From positions 1,770,001 through 1,802,000 of the forward strand of contig CAWJMG010000003.1 of assembly GCA_963843975.1 (NCBI GenBank): a DNA stretch of 32,000 nucleotides, read 5' to 3'. Below the pieces are notes generated by a model. The model ran no database searches. It saw only the letters and a list, made by a program, of their open reading frames with translations, and was not told where the DNA came from. Every line of letters begins with the position of its first letter. The first letter of the stretch is position 1. The stretch is from an uncultured Actinomycetes bacterium. Its GTDB lineage: Bacteria; Actinomycetota; Actinomycetes; S36-B12; CAIYMF01. Below, piece by piece: positions 24,111 through 31,354 of this stretch. A program made the position numbers and the translations under genes.

Positions 24111-24509
24111 TGTACAGCGTGACGGTGCGCGACCACGTGATGGTCGCCCACAGCTTCACCGGCGCCGTCTTCGGCCCGGCGCAGGCGCTGCACGGCGCGA
24201 CGTTCGTCGTCGACGCCACCTTCCGGCGCGAGGCGCTCGACGCCGACAACATCGTGGTCGACATCGGCCGCGCCACCGAGGAGCTGCACCGCCATCCTCG
24301 GCGAGCTCAACTACCGCAACCTCGACGAGGTGCCGGAGTTCGAAGGGATCAACACCAGCACGGAGTTCCTTGCCCGGGTGGTCGCCGACAGGCTGGCCGA
24401 CCGGGTTCATGCAGGCGCCCTCGGGGAAGGGGCCCGCGGTCTCGCATCGGTCGCTGTCACGCTGCACGAGTCGCACGTGGCGTGGGCCGGGTACGAGCGC
24501 GCACTGTGA
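24110..24509 (+). pseudogene. 6-pyruvoyl-tetrahydropterin synthase/QueD-like T-fold protein, non-canonical active site, split by one frameshift near 24284-24293
   Basis: '[18 protein letters not shown]...[13 protein letters not shown]...[18 protein letters not shown]' is followed, in the next frame, by '[35 protein letters not shown]...[12 protein letters not shown]'. This matches the PTPS fold pattern (xAxH ... HGH ... G-x-V-x-D ... L-D-H-x-x-L-N ... N-P-T-x-E-N-L-A), except that HGH is replaced by HGA and no Cys lies between the His motifs. The ATG at 24110 overlaps the upstream stop (TGATG). Deleting one C in 'CACCGCCATC' would restore the frame. Confidence 0.7.
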
Positions 24510-24516
24510 CGGGCAC

Positions 24517-25581
24517 GTGAGCTCCGTGCACGTCGTCGTCCCGGCGCGGATCGACGACGTGGCCCTCGTCAGCGGTGGCAACGTGTACGACCGCCGCGTC
24601 ATCGACGGTCTGCGCGCGCTCGGCGTCGACGTCCACGAGCACCACCTCGCGGGCACCTGGCCGCATCCCGGGGCGCAGGACGTGGCGGCGCTCGCCTCGC
24701 TCGTCGAGGGCGTTGAGGACGGCGGAACGCTGCTCGTCGACGGCATCATCGCCTCCGTCGCCCCCGAGGTGCTCGTGCCCGCCTCCACGCGGGTGCGGCT
24801 GGTCCCCCTCGTCCACATGCCGCTCGGCGCGGGTCTCCCCGACACGGTCGTACCGGACGCCGTACGCCGCGAGCGGGCGGTGCTGCACGCCGCGGCATCG
24901 GTCGTGGTCACCAGCACGTGGACGCGCGACCTCGTCGTCGAGCAGCACGGCGTCGACGCAGGCCGGGTCACGGTGGCCCGGCCGGGCACGGACGCCGCAC
25001 GGGTCTCCCCCGGATCGGCAGCGGGCTCGCGGTTCGTCACCGTCGGAGCAGTCAGTCGCGCGAAGGGGCACGACGTCCTCGTCGACGCCCTCGTCGCGAT
25101 CAGCGACCTCGACTGGACCTGCACGGTCGTCGGAAGCACCGGCCGCGATCCCGACCTCGTCGACGACCTGGCCAAGCAGGTGGCGCGCGCGGGCCTCGCC
25201 GACCGCGTGAGCTTCGCCGGCGTCCTCACGGGGAGTGCGCTCGACGACCTGCTCGTCGTGTCGGACCTCCTCGTGCACCCGTCCCGCGGCGAGACCTACG
25301 GCATGGTCGTCGCGGAGGCGCTCGCGCGCGGCCTCCCGGTGGTGGCGACGACGGCCGGCGGGCTGTCGACGACGCTGGGCGTGGATGCGGGCTCCCGCCC
25401 GGGAGTCCTTGTGCCACCTGGGGATCCCGACGCGTTGGCATCGGCGCTGCGCGTGTGGCTGAGCCACGACGACCTGCGCCCGGTGCTGCGCTCCCGCGCG
25501 TTCGAGCGGCGCCGCAGCCTGACCGGGTGGGATGCCACGGCGGCGGCGGTCGCGAGCGCGCTCGAGGCGGTGACCCGATGA
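24517..25581 (+). CDS. Glycosyltransferase family 4 (GT-B)
   Basis: C-terminal EX7E region '[37 protein letters not shown]'. Start at GTG 24517 or 24526, a few nt after the PTPS-like stop at 24507-24509. The upstream part of the listed ORF 24370 overlaps the previous gene. Confidence 0.8.
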   Translation: MSSVHVVVPARIDDVALVSGGNVYDRRVIDGLRALGVDVHEHHLAGTWPHPGAQDVAALASLVEGVEDGGTLLVDGIIASVAPEVLVPASTRVRLVPLVHMPLGAGLPDTVVPDAVRRERAVLHAAASVVVTSTWTRDLVVEQHGVDAGRVTVARPGTDAARVSPGSAAGSRFVTVGAVSRAKGHDVLVDALVAISDLDWTCTVVGSTGRDPDLVDDLAKQVARAGLADRVSFAGVLTGSALDDLLVVSDLLVHPSRGETYGMVVAEALARGLPVVATTAGGLSTTLGVDAGSRPGVLVPPGDPDALASALRVWLSHDDLRPVLRSRAFERRRSLTGWDATAAAVASALEAVTR

Positions 25582-26549
25582 GAGCCGTCCCGTGGGCGAA
25601 GGTCCGCGACGTGAGCGGCGTCGTGATCCTCGTGGTCGTGGTGGCGCGCGTCGGCCTCGGACCGTTCCTCGACGGCCTGCGCCAGGTCGATGTGCAGACC
25701 GTCGTCATCGCAGTGGTCGTCGCCGCGGTCACCACCACCTGCTGCGCCTGGCGCTGGCGCCTCGTCGCCCGCGGCCTCGGCATCGACGTGCCGCTCGGCG
25801 CGGGCGTCGCGGCGTACTACCGAGCCCAGCTGCTGAACTCGACCCTGCCGGGCGGCGTGCTCGGCGACGTACATCGCGGGCTCCTGCACGGCCAGGACGT
25901 CGGAGACGTGAACCGCAGCCTGCGTGCGGTCGCGTGGGAGCGTGCTGCGGGCCAGGCCGTGCAGATCACCCTCACCGTCGGCCTGCTGCTGGTGCTGCCC
26001 TCACCCGTGCGGTCGTCGGCGCCCTGGCTGGCACTGGCGCTGGTCGCGTTGGTCGTCGTGGCCGTGGTCCTCGCCCGGTCGGTCCCGGACGGCGGAACGT
26101 CCCGGGTCGGCCGCGTCGTGCGCGCGGCGCTGTCCGACGTCCGCCATGGCCTCCTGGCGCCGGGCGCGTGGCCCGGCGTGGTGCTCACCTCGGTCGTCGT
26201 CGTGGTCGGCCAGACCCTCGTGTTCGTCGTCGCGTCCCGCACCGTCGTCCCCGACGCCGATCTCGGCACCCTGGTGCCGCTCGCCCTCCTCGTCCTGCTC
26301 GCGATGGCGGTGCCGCTGTCGATCGGGGGCTGGGGGCCGCGCGAGGGCGTCGCCGCCTGGGCCTTCGGTGCGGCGGGCCTCGGAGCCGCCGCCGGAGTCA
26401 TGACCGCGGTGGTCTACGGCGTGGTGTCGTTGGCGGCGTCGCTCCCGGGCGCGGTCGTCCTGGTGCTCGACCGCCGAGCCCGGGCCTCCGTCGTACGCCG
26501 ACCGGCCACGACCGACCTCGCACCCGAGGGAGGTGCCGGCCGTGGCTGA
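25578..26549 (+). CDS. UPF0104 / lysylphosphatidylglycerol-synthase-TM-region-like ('flippase-like') integral membrane protein
   Basis: About 8 TM helices. It contains the characteristic 'RWRLVARGLG', 'YYRAQLLNSTLPGGVLGDVHRG' and C-terminal 'PLSIGGWGPREG' blocks seen in this family. The ATG overlaps the upstream stop (ATGA at 25578-25581). Confidence 0.7.
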   Translation: MRAVPWAKVRDVSGVVILVVVVARVGLGPFLDGLRQVDVQTVVIAVVVAAVTTTCCAWRWRLVARGLGIDVPLGAGVAAYYRAQLLNSTLPGGVLGDVHRGLLHGQDVGDVNRSLRAVAWERAAGQAVQITLTVGLLLVLPSPVRSSAPWLALALVALVVVAVVLARSVPDGGTSRVGRVVRAALSDVRHGLLAPGAWPGVVLTSVVVVVGQTLVFVVASRTVVPDADLGTLVPLALLVLLAMAVPLSIGGWGPREGVAAWAFGAAGLGAAAGVMTAVVYGVVSLAASLPGAVVLVLDRRARASVVRRPATTDLAPEGGAGRG

Positions 26550-27240
26550 CCGTCCGTACACCCTGCTCAGCTGCAGCGTCTCGCTCGACGGCTACCTGGA
26601 CGACGCGAGCGACCACCGGCTGCTGCTGTCGAACACCGCCGACCTCGACCGGGTCGACGCCGTGCGAGCCACCTCCGACGCGATCATGGTGGGGGCGGCG
26701 ACGGTCAGGAACGACAACCCGCGCCTCCTCGTCCGCTCGGACGCCCGCCGGGATGACCGTGCAGCCCAAGGACTTCCGGCCACACCCACGAAGGTGACCG
26801 TGACGGCCGGCGGCCGCCTCGACCCCACCGCGCACTTCTTCACGCTCGGCGAGTGCGACAAGCTCGTCTACTGCCCCGGCGACTCCGCAGCCGTCGTCGC
26901 CGCGACGCTCGGCGACTGCGCCACCGTCGTCCCGACCGCGGCCGGGGCCGACGTCGACATGGCGTGGCTGTCGGAGGACCTCGCCGCCCGGGGTGTCCGC
27001 CGCCTCATGGTCGAGGGCGGCGGCACCCTGCACACCCAGTTCCTGACGGCCGGTCTCGCCGACGAGCTCCATCTCGTCGTCGCGCCGTTCTTCGTCGGCG
27101 ACTCGCGGGCCCGACGGTTCGTCGGCGACGGCGACTTCCCGTGGACGACGGGTTCGCGGGCCACCCTGCACGACGTCTCGCGGATCGACGACCTCGTGCT
27201 GCTGCGCTACGCGCTCTCCGATCGGTTCGCGGGCGACTGA
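26533..27240 (+). CDS. RibD C-terminal-domain (DHFR-fold) reductase, diaminohydroxyphosphoribosylaminopyrimidine-reductase-like
   Basis: 'RPYTLLSCSVSLDGYL', 'DAIMVGAATVRNDNPRL', 'LMVEGGGTLHTQFLTAGLADELHLVVAPFFVG' form the canonical RibD_C pattern. The start (GTG 26533 or 26542) overlaps the upstream stop at 26547-26549. Confidence 0.8.
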   Translation: MPAVADRPYTLLSCSVSLDGYLDDASDHRLLLSNTADLDRVDAVRATSDAIMVGAATVRNDNPRLLVRSDARRDDRAAQGLPATPTKVTVTAGGRLDPTAHFFTLGECDKLVYCPGDSAAVVAATLGDCATVVPTAAGADVDMAWLSEDLAARGVRRLMVEGGGTLHTQFLTAGLADELHLVVAPFFVGDSRARRFVGDGDFPWTTGSRATLHDVSRIDDLVLLRYALSDRFAGD

Positions 27241-27273
27241 GGCCCGCTTCCACCCTCGGACCGAGTTGATCCG

Positions 27274-27289
27274 ATACCCCCGGGGGTAT
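27274..27289. promoter_or_regulatory. CsoR/CstR-type operator, copy 1: ATACCCCCGGGGGTAT (perfect 16-bp palindrome)
   Basis: Read directly from the sequence. It is one of three copies of ATACCCC-N2-GGGGTAT in the window and lies 58 nt upstream of the ATG of the Cys-rich peptide gene. A GC-rich core with AT-rich flanks is the known operator architecture of the CsoR/RcnR-family repressors. Confidence 0.6.
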
Positions 27290-27346
27290 ACCGTGAGGTC
27301 ATCACCGGCGCTCGTCGCGCCACGACACCTCGTGGAGGAACCCCCT

Positions 27347-27463
27347 ATGTGCAGCCCCGCCACCTGCTCCCGCTGCGGCAAGGTCACCTGGTCCGGCTGC
27401 GGCATGCATGTCGATCTCGTGATGGCCAACATCACCGTCGACCGCCGCTGCACCTGCCGCTGA
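27347..27463 (+). CDS. Small cysteine-rich protein (38 aa, 6 Cys), first gene of the sulfur operon
   Basis: 'MCSPATCSRCGKVTWSGCGMHVDLVMANITVDRRCTCR'. A strong GGAGGA Shine-Dalgarno lies 8 nt upstream of the ATG, and the gene sits directly downstream of operator copy 1. The function is unknown. Confidence 0.55.
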   Translation: MCSPATCSRCGKVTWSGCGMHVDLVMANITVDRRCTCR

Positions 27464-27496
27464 CCGTTCCTGCCCGACGAGACGAGACGAGACCTC

Positions 27497-28949
27497 ATGC
27501 ACCCGGCACCCGCCCTGCCCGACGTCGTCATCATCGAGACGCCGAATCTCGGGGATCGCTCGTACGTCGTCCACCTCGACGGCCTCGCCGTCGTCGTCGA
27601 CCCGCAGCGCGACCTCGACCGGGTCGAGGCCGTGCTCGCCGAGCACGGGCTCACCGTGACGCACGTCGTGGAGACCCACATCCACAACGACTACGTCTCG
27701 GGCGGTCTCGTCCTCGCGCGCCAGCTCGGTGCCGAGTACGTCGTGCCCGCCGGCTACACGCTCGCCTACGACGCCACCCAGCTCGGCGACGGCGAGAGCT
27801 TCGCCAGCGGCCGCATGGCCTGGCGCACGGTGCACACCCCGGGCCACACGCCGCAGCACCTCTCCTACGTCGTCGCGGTCGACGGCAAGGACTCAGCAGC
27901 CTTCACCGGCGGCTCGCTCCTGTTCGGGAGCGTCGGGCGCCCCGACCTCATCGGCCCGGACCACACGCACGAGCTCGCGCACGCCCAGTGGCACAGCGTC
28001 CGTCGGCTCACCACCGAGGTCGAGCCCGACGCCGCCGTGTTCCCCACCCACGGCTTCGGCTCGTTCTGCAGCGCCAGCGCCACGGTCGGCCTCGAGTCGA
28101 CCATCGGCCAGCAGGCCGCGGCCAACCCGGCGTGCACGGTCGACGAGGACGAGTTCGTCGCCGAGCTGATCGCGGGCCTGGACGCCTACCCGGCCTACTA
28201 CGCGCACATGGGCCCGGCGAACCAGGCCGGCCCCGGGCCGATCGACCTGTCCCTGCCCGAGCGGGCCGACGCCGCAGAGCTTCGCCGACGCATCGACGCC
28301 GGCGAGTGGGTCGTCGACCTCCGGTCGCGTCGCATCTTCGCCGAGGGGCACCTGCGCGGCACGCTGTCGTTCGACGGGGACGGCAACGCCGTCACCTATC
28401 TCGGCTGGGTCATCCCCTGGGGCACGCCGCTCACCCTGCTGGGCGACACCCCTGAGCGCGTCTCGGCCATGCAGCGCGAGCTCGTGCGCATCGGCATCGA
28501 CCGGCCTGCCGCCTTCAACGACGGCGCCCCCGTCGACTGGGCGCTGGACCCCTCGGACGTCACGTCGTACCGGCGGGCGGACTTCCGCGAGCCTCGACGC
28601 GGCGCTCGCCGACAACCCCGACCTCATCGTCGTCGACTCGCGACGTCGGACCGAGTGGCAGGACGGGCACGTGACCGGTGCCCGGCACGTGCCACTGCAC
28701 GAGCTCACGGCCCGGGCAGACGAGATCGCTACCTGGGCGCGCGCTGCGGCCCACGCGGGGCGCGACGCCACGGTGTGGGTGTACTGCGGCTCGGGCTTCC
28801 GCGCCTCGGCCGCCTCCTCCATCCTCGAGCGCGCCGGCCTCACCGTCGTCCACGTCGACGCGGATGTCGCCACCGCTCGAGTGATCCGCGCATGGACTCC
28901 CGCCGCGGAGGTCGTGCATGCGACCCTCGGTGCGGCCTACGCCGACTGA
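27497..28949 (+). pseudogene. Persulfide dioxygenase (MBL fold) fused to two rhodanese domains (CstB-like), split by one frameshift near 28583-28593
   Basis: MBL/PDO motifs 'ETHIHNDYVSGG' and 'VHTPGHTPQH', followed by an inactive rhodanese-like domain. After 'SYRRADF' the listed frame turns to Arg-rich junk. Frame 28671 continues sensibly with 'LDAALADNPDLIVVDSRRRTEWQDGHVTGARHVPLHEL...VWVYCGSGFRASAASSILERAG' (active-site Cys loop) and stops at TGA 28947-28949. The listed 601-aa ORF is an artefact that runs on into the next gene's frame. Confidence 0.83.
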
Positions 28950-28957
28950 GGAGTGAC

Positions 28958-29302
28958 ATGGACTCATCCGACCTGCCGACCGTCGACGCCGCCGAGGCCC
29001 TGCGCCTCGTGTGCGACGGCGCGGTCCTCCTCGACGTGCGCGAGCCGGCCGAGTGGGACGCCGGGCACGCGCCCGACGCCCAGCACGTTCCGCTCGGTGC
29101 CCTGCCGACCAGCGGCTTCGCCCCCGCCCCCGGCAGCCGCGTGCTCGTCATCTGCCGCAGCGGCAACCGCTCGAAGTCCGCGACGGCGCATCTGATCTCG
29201 CTCGGCATCGACGCTTGGAACGTCGCCGGCGGCATGGGCGCCTGGCAGGCGTCCGGCGGCGTCGTCATCGACGCGGAAGGCGCGCCGGGCCGCGTGGCCT
29301 GA
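28958..29302 (+). CDS. Single-domain rhodanese sulfurtransferase
   Basis: ATG 28958 preceded by GAGGAG. 'LLDVREPAEWDAGHAPDAQHVPLG' and the active-site loop 'VICRSGNRSKSA'. Confidence 0.85.
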   Translation: MDSSDLPTVDAAEALRLVCDGAVLLDVREPAEWDAGHAPDAQHVPLGALPTSGFAPAPGSRVLVICRSGNRSKSATAHLISLGIDAWNVAGGMGAWQASGGVVIDAEGAPGRVA

Positions 29303-29319
29303 GCGTCGTCACCCACCCC

Positions 29320-30078
29320 GTGCCCCTCCTGCTGCCGATCGCCGCCGGCCTCGCGCTCGGCGCGGTCATGGGCCTGCTCGGTGGTGGCGGCGGCGTTCTC
29401 GCGGTCCCGATGCTGCTGGCGCTCGGACTCTCGCTCGACGCGGCAGCCACGACGTCCCTGGTCGTCGTGGGGGTGGGCGCCGCAGCAGGCCTGGCCACGC
29501 ACGCCCGGAGCGGTCGCGTCGACTGGGTGATCGGGCTGATGTTCGGAGCCCTCGGCTCCGCGGGCGCCATCGCGGGGTCGCGGCTCGCGTTCGCCGTGGA
29601 CGACCGGGTGCAGCTCGCCGGCTTCGTGGTGCTGCTCGCGCTCGCGGCGTACGGCATGCTCCGTCGCCGCTCCGACGGTCCGGTGCCGGAGGACGACGGT
29701 CAGCCGCTGCCCGATCCCAACTGGGCCGTGGTCGTGCTCCTCGCCTCGGGTGTCGGGCTCGTGACCGGCTTCTTCGGCGTCGGGGGTGGCTTCATCGCCG
29801 TGCCGGCCCTGGTGCTGGCGCTGAAGATGCCGATGCGGCGTGCGAGTGCGACAGCCCTCGTCGTCATCCTCGTCAACGCGACCGTCGCGTTCCTCGCCCA
29901 CGGCACCGCGCATCTCGACGGCGGCCTCACCGCGATCGTCGCGGCCGGGACAGCGGTCGGAGCCGTGCTCGGCGCCGTGCTCCAGCCGCGGATCCCGTCG
30001 GCGGCGCTGCAGCGGACGTTCGGCGTCCTGCTGCTCGTGGTCGCGGCGTACCAGACTGCCCAGCTCGTCCTGGCCTGA
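29320..30078 (+). CDS. TauE/SafE (TSUP) family sulfite/anion exporter
   Basis: Internally duplicated membrane protein with the family's Gly-rich motifs 'GLLGGGGGVLAVPMLL' and 'GFFGVGGGFIAVPALV'. The start is uncertain: GTG 29320 is the first conventional start in frame after the upstream stop at 29300-29302. Confidence 0.78.
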   Translation: MPLLLPIAAGLALGAVMGLLGGGGGVLAVPMLLALGLSLDAAATTSLVVVGVGAAAGLATHARSGRVDWVIGLMFGALGSAGAIAGSRLAFAVDDRVQLAGFVVLLALAAYGMLRRRSDGPVPEDDGQPLPDPNWAVVVLLASGVGLVTGFFGVGGGFIAVPALVLALKMPMRRASATALVVILVNATVAFLAHGTAHLDGGLTAIVAAGTAVGAVLGAVLQPRIPSAALQRTFGVLLLVVAAYQTAQLVLA

Positions 30079-30109
30079 GCGGCTCCGGCTCCTCCCCGCC
30101 CGTCTCCGT

Positions 30110-30125
30110 ATACCCCTAGGGGTAT
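30110..30125. promoter_or_regulatory. CsoR/CstR-type operator, copy 2: ATACCCCTAGGGGTAT (perfect 16-bp palindrome)
   Basis: Read directly from the sequence. It ends 9 nt before the ATG of the TDT transporter gene. Its right half overlaps a -10-like TATGTT (30123-30128). Confidence 0.6.
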
Positions 30126-30134
30126 GTTGGCAGC

Positions 30135-31226
30135 ATGGCATCCACCACCGGTTCCACGTCGTCGACCCACCGCGTGCGCACGTGGCACCCCGGATGGATG
30201 GGAGTCGTGCTCGGCACCGGGGGCGCTGCGGTGGCGTCCCTCGTCGATCCCCTCCCCGGCACCCGAATCGACGAGGTGATCGGCGCGGCTCTCGCAGCGC
30301 TCGCGACCGTCGGCCTCCTCCTGCTCGTCCCGTACGCCGTCCGCCTGCGTCGGCACCGTGACGCCGCGTCGGCGGACCTCGGCAATCCCGGCCTGGGCGC
30401 GATGTACGGGACGGTGCCGGCGGCACTGCTGATCGTGGGTATCGCCCTGGCACTACTCGGGATCCTGGGGTGGCTGCCGGCGGGAGTCGCGTGGGTGTCC
30501 GCGGCGCTGGTGGCCTCGGGCGTCGTGCTCGCGCTCGTCGTCGGCGTCGGGTTCTTCTCCCGCGTCGTAGCGCACGAGCAGCTCCCGGTTCCCGCGATCT
30601 CCGGCGCCTGGTTCATCCCGATCGTGGTGCTCGTCCTCGTGCCGAGCGGCGTCGCCCGGTCCATCGCCCTGCAGCCGACCTGGTCGTCCACGACTGCGCT
30701 CGCGCTCGCCACCGCCGCCTGGGGCGCCGGCCTGGTCCTGTTCCTCCTGCTGGCACCCGTGATCGCGTGGCGCCTCATCACCGCACCCATACCCCCGCCG
30801 CACATGGCTGCGTCGTGGTGGATCTGGCTGGCCCCCGCGGGAGCGGGGGGCCTCGGCCTCATCGCGCTCTCACGGCTCGCCGCCACTGTCCTCGGCCAGC
30901 CCGTGGCCGGTGTCGCGCCCACCTTCGGCCTCCTCGGCGCGAGCATGCTCTGGGGATTCGCCGTGTGGTGGGCGGTGTTCGCCGGCGCCGTCGTGCGCCG
31001 GACCGCGCGCGCGCAGGGCGGCCTGCCCTTCCACCTGGGCAGCTGGGGCTTCGCGTTCCCCACCGCGGCGGTGGCCGCGCTCACGATCGAGCTCGGACAT
31101 GCTTGGGGGTCGCCGTTCCTGTCCGTCGTCGGCGCCGTCGGGTGGCTGGCGACGCTGCTCGTGTGGGGGCGGCTTGCCGCCCAGACGGTGGCCGGGGTGC
31201 GGTCCGGCGCGATCTTCACCCGCTGA
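30135..31226 (+). CDS. TDT (TehA/Mae1/SLAC1-like) family anion transporter
   Basis: The 363-aa protein has about 10 TM helices. The N-terminal 'HPGWMGVVLGTGG' and later 'SGAWFIPIV', 'WWIWLAPAG' and 'FHLGSWGFAFP' blocks are typical of the tellurite-resistance/dicarboxylate transporter family. Confidence 0.8.
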   Translation: MASTTGSTSSTHRVRTWHPGWMGVVLGTGGAAVASLVDPLPGTRIDEVIGAALAALATVGLLLLVPYAVRLRRHRDAASADLGNPGLGAMYGTVPAALLIVGIALALLGILGWLPAGVAWVSAALVASGVVLALVVGVGFFSRVVAHEQLPVPAISGAWFIPIVVLVLVPSGVARSIALQPTWSSTTALALATAAWGAGLVLFLLLAPVIAWRLITAPIPPPHMAASWWIWLAPAGAGGLGLIALSRLAATVLGQPVAGVAPTFGLLGASMLWGFAVWWAVFAGAVVRRTARAQGGLPFHLGSWGFAFPTAAVAALTIELGHAWGSPFLSVVGAVGWLATLLVWGRLAAQTVAGVRSGAIFTR

Positions 31227-31288
31227 CGTCGAGCACCTTGTGCAGAGCATCACCGGCGCCGCTGCCTGACTGAGGCTGTCCTAACCGT

Positions 31289-31304
31289 ATACCCCTGGGG
31301 GTAT
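31289..31304. promoter_or_regulatory. CsoR/CstR-type operator, copy 3: ATACCCCTGGGGGTAT (palindrome with one central mismatch)
   Basis: Read directly from the sequence. It lies 51 nt upstream of the SQR start codon. A -10-like TATGGT (31302-31307) overlaps its right arm. Confidence 0.6.
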
Positions 31305-31354
31305 GGTGATCAGAGTGCGCAGCGCCGCGCACCTTGCGTCGAGGAGCACCAGAC

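Noticed and set aside
27476-27494. Tandem pentanucleotide GACGA x3 (plus a partial copy) immediately upstream of the PDO-rhodanese ATG
   Set aside because: It is too short to be more than a chance microsatellite in GC-rich DNA. It may simply be the purine-rich ribosome-binding region, and there are no further copies nearby.
15845-28593. Programmed ribosomal frameshifting as the explanation for the split genes
   Set aside because: None of the five junctions shows a slippery heptamer, a poly-A/T run or an adjacent stimulatory structure that I can see. The affected families are not known to use recoding.
27497-29302. 601-aa ORF taken as a single MBL-rhodanese-rhodanese protein
   Set aside because: The middle third (about 28590-28950) is nonsense in this frame. 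The real C-terminus is in another frame and stops at 28949. The last 114 aa belong to a separate gene with its own GAGGAG RBS and ATG at 28958.
27274-31304. Interpreting the three ATACCCC-N2-GGGGTAT palindromes as a copper-responsive CsoR regulon
   Set aside because: The flanking units contain no copper genes (copA, copZ, multicopper oxidase); all are sulfur-handling. I therefore prefer the CstR-like persulfide-sensor interpretation. The copper alternative is not excluded by sequence alone.
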